DNA of 64,000 nt from a virus, in IMG/VR virus record IMGVR_UViG_3300044858_003398; one strand, given 5' to 3'. A program made the translations under genes and the position numbers. Every line of letters starts with the position of its first letter. Positions within the stretch are counted from its first letter, which is position 1. Of this stretch, positions 63,505 to 64,000 are shown piece by piece. The notes below the pieces were generated by a model. It saw only the letters and a program-made list of their open reading frames with translations. It did no database searches and was not told the origin of the DNA.

Positions 63505-64000
63505 GAGGCTTCTCCCTTTGTAAAGGTTACACCGTCATCAGTTATCGCCTCAGTAGAAACAACCGTGTTGGTATCATCGGCATAGAGCTTCCTCTGAGTA
63601 GCAGTGGCTGTTCCCTTATTCCTGAGCCACATAAATAACCAAGTGATTTTGTCCTTCAGGCTACTTGTCGCAGCCGGTGGGGAGCTTAGCTCCCCGAAGG
63701 TGTCAACAGATAGGACATCTAATACTTGAGCATTCACCTGAGCTGCACTTAAATTATTTAGGGCGGCAATAGCTGCTAAAACTGCGTCGTCTGCTGCAGC
63801 TAAAGCTGTCGTAAGTTCAGAATTTGTAGGAATATCATCAATACTTGTTTGTGTTGCTAAAGAACTAGTCGCTGCTGTGATCGCCGCCTCGACTGCTGAC
63901 TGGTCCGCTGGATCTGACGGTAGGTTGTCGGTCTTGGCTTTGATTGCGTCGATCTTGGTTTCGTTGGCATCGACCTGAGTAATGATTGCGGTCTGAGCGT
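63501..64000 (-). CDS. putative virion protein, 5'-truncated by window edge
   Basis: Frame is open from 63998 (AQTAIITQVDANETKIDAIKAKTDNLPSDPADQS...) to the stop at 63501. Confidence 0.7.
   Translation of the reverse strand, partial: AQTAIITQVDANETKIDAIKAKTDNLPSDPADQSAVEAAITAATSSLATQTSIDDIPTNSELTTALAAADDAVLAAIAALNNLSAAQVNAQVLDVLSVDTFGELSSPPAATSSLKDKITWLFMWLRNKGTATATQRKLYADDTNTVVSTEAITDDGVTFTKGEAS

Noticed and set aside
1-64000. CRISPR array, tRNA or rRNA genes
   Set aside because: No regularly spaced direct repeats or cloverleaf/rRNA signatures were seen; the intergenic gaps are short. A tRNAscan/Infernal run was not possible.
1-64000. Stop-codon reassignment (alternative genetic code)
   Set aside because: Known genes are full-length under the standard code, and TAA, TAG and TGA all terminate genes.
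1-64000. Definite host assignment (e.g. Planctomycetota/PVC)
   Set aside because: The Tat-like leaders, R2c-type RNR and Cys-rich proteins are only suggestive; this needs spacer, prophage or phylogenetic evidence.

Overview
A 64-kb, densely coding segment of a large tailed dsDNA phage (Caudoviricetes-like, standard genetic code). No capsid, terminase, portal or DNA polymerase gene was recognised in the window. The + strand arm (1-~34.0 kb) starts with a putative late/lysis-like cluster (small membrane proteins, papain-like peptidase, thioredoxin-like protein). A consensus sigma70 promoter inside a 30-bp palindrome follows. After it come nucleotide-metabolism genes (MazG-like, phosphoesterase, ThyX, HAD nucleotidase, NrdAB, PhoH, dNMP kinase) and recombination/replication genes (RecA, DnaB, DnaG, Cas4-like and DnaQ-like nucleases, SSAP-like, SSB-like). 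The arm also holds a sigma-like factor, two free-standing homing-type endonucleases and a glycosyltransferase/nucleotidyltransferase cluster whose main GT carries a LAGLIDADG intein. The - strand arm (~34.0-64.0 kb) is the neck/tail module: Cys-rich tail-tip proteins, a 1778-aa tape measure protein, chaperones, tail tube, neck proteins and a 1964-aa repetitive fibre. The most notable observations are: (1) a basic PD-(D/E)XK-like domain bracketed by two copies of a conserved motif inside the tape measure protein, which may be a swappable injected cargo; (2) a tyrosyl-radical-less, class Ic-type (Mn/Fe) RNR beta subunit; (3) an intein at the donor-binding motif of a GT4 glycosyltransferase, with [S/T]G enrichment in virion proteins; (4) a hidden -1 frame extension at an A8 run; (5) a protease plus thioredoxin cluster where an endolysin would be expected. 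All functional calls come from motif recognition by eye; no searches were run.
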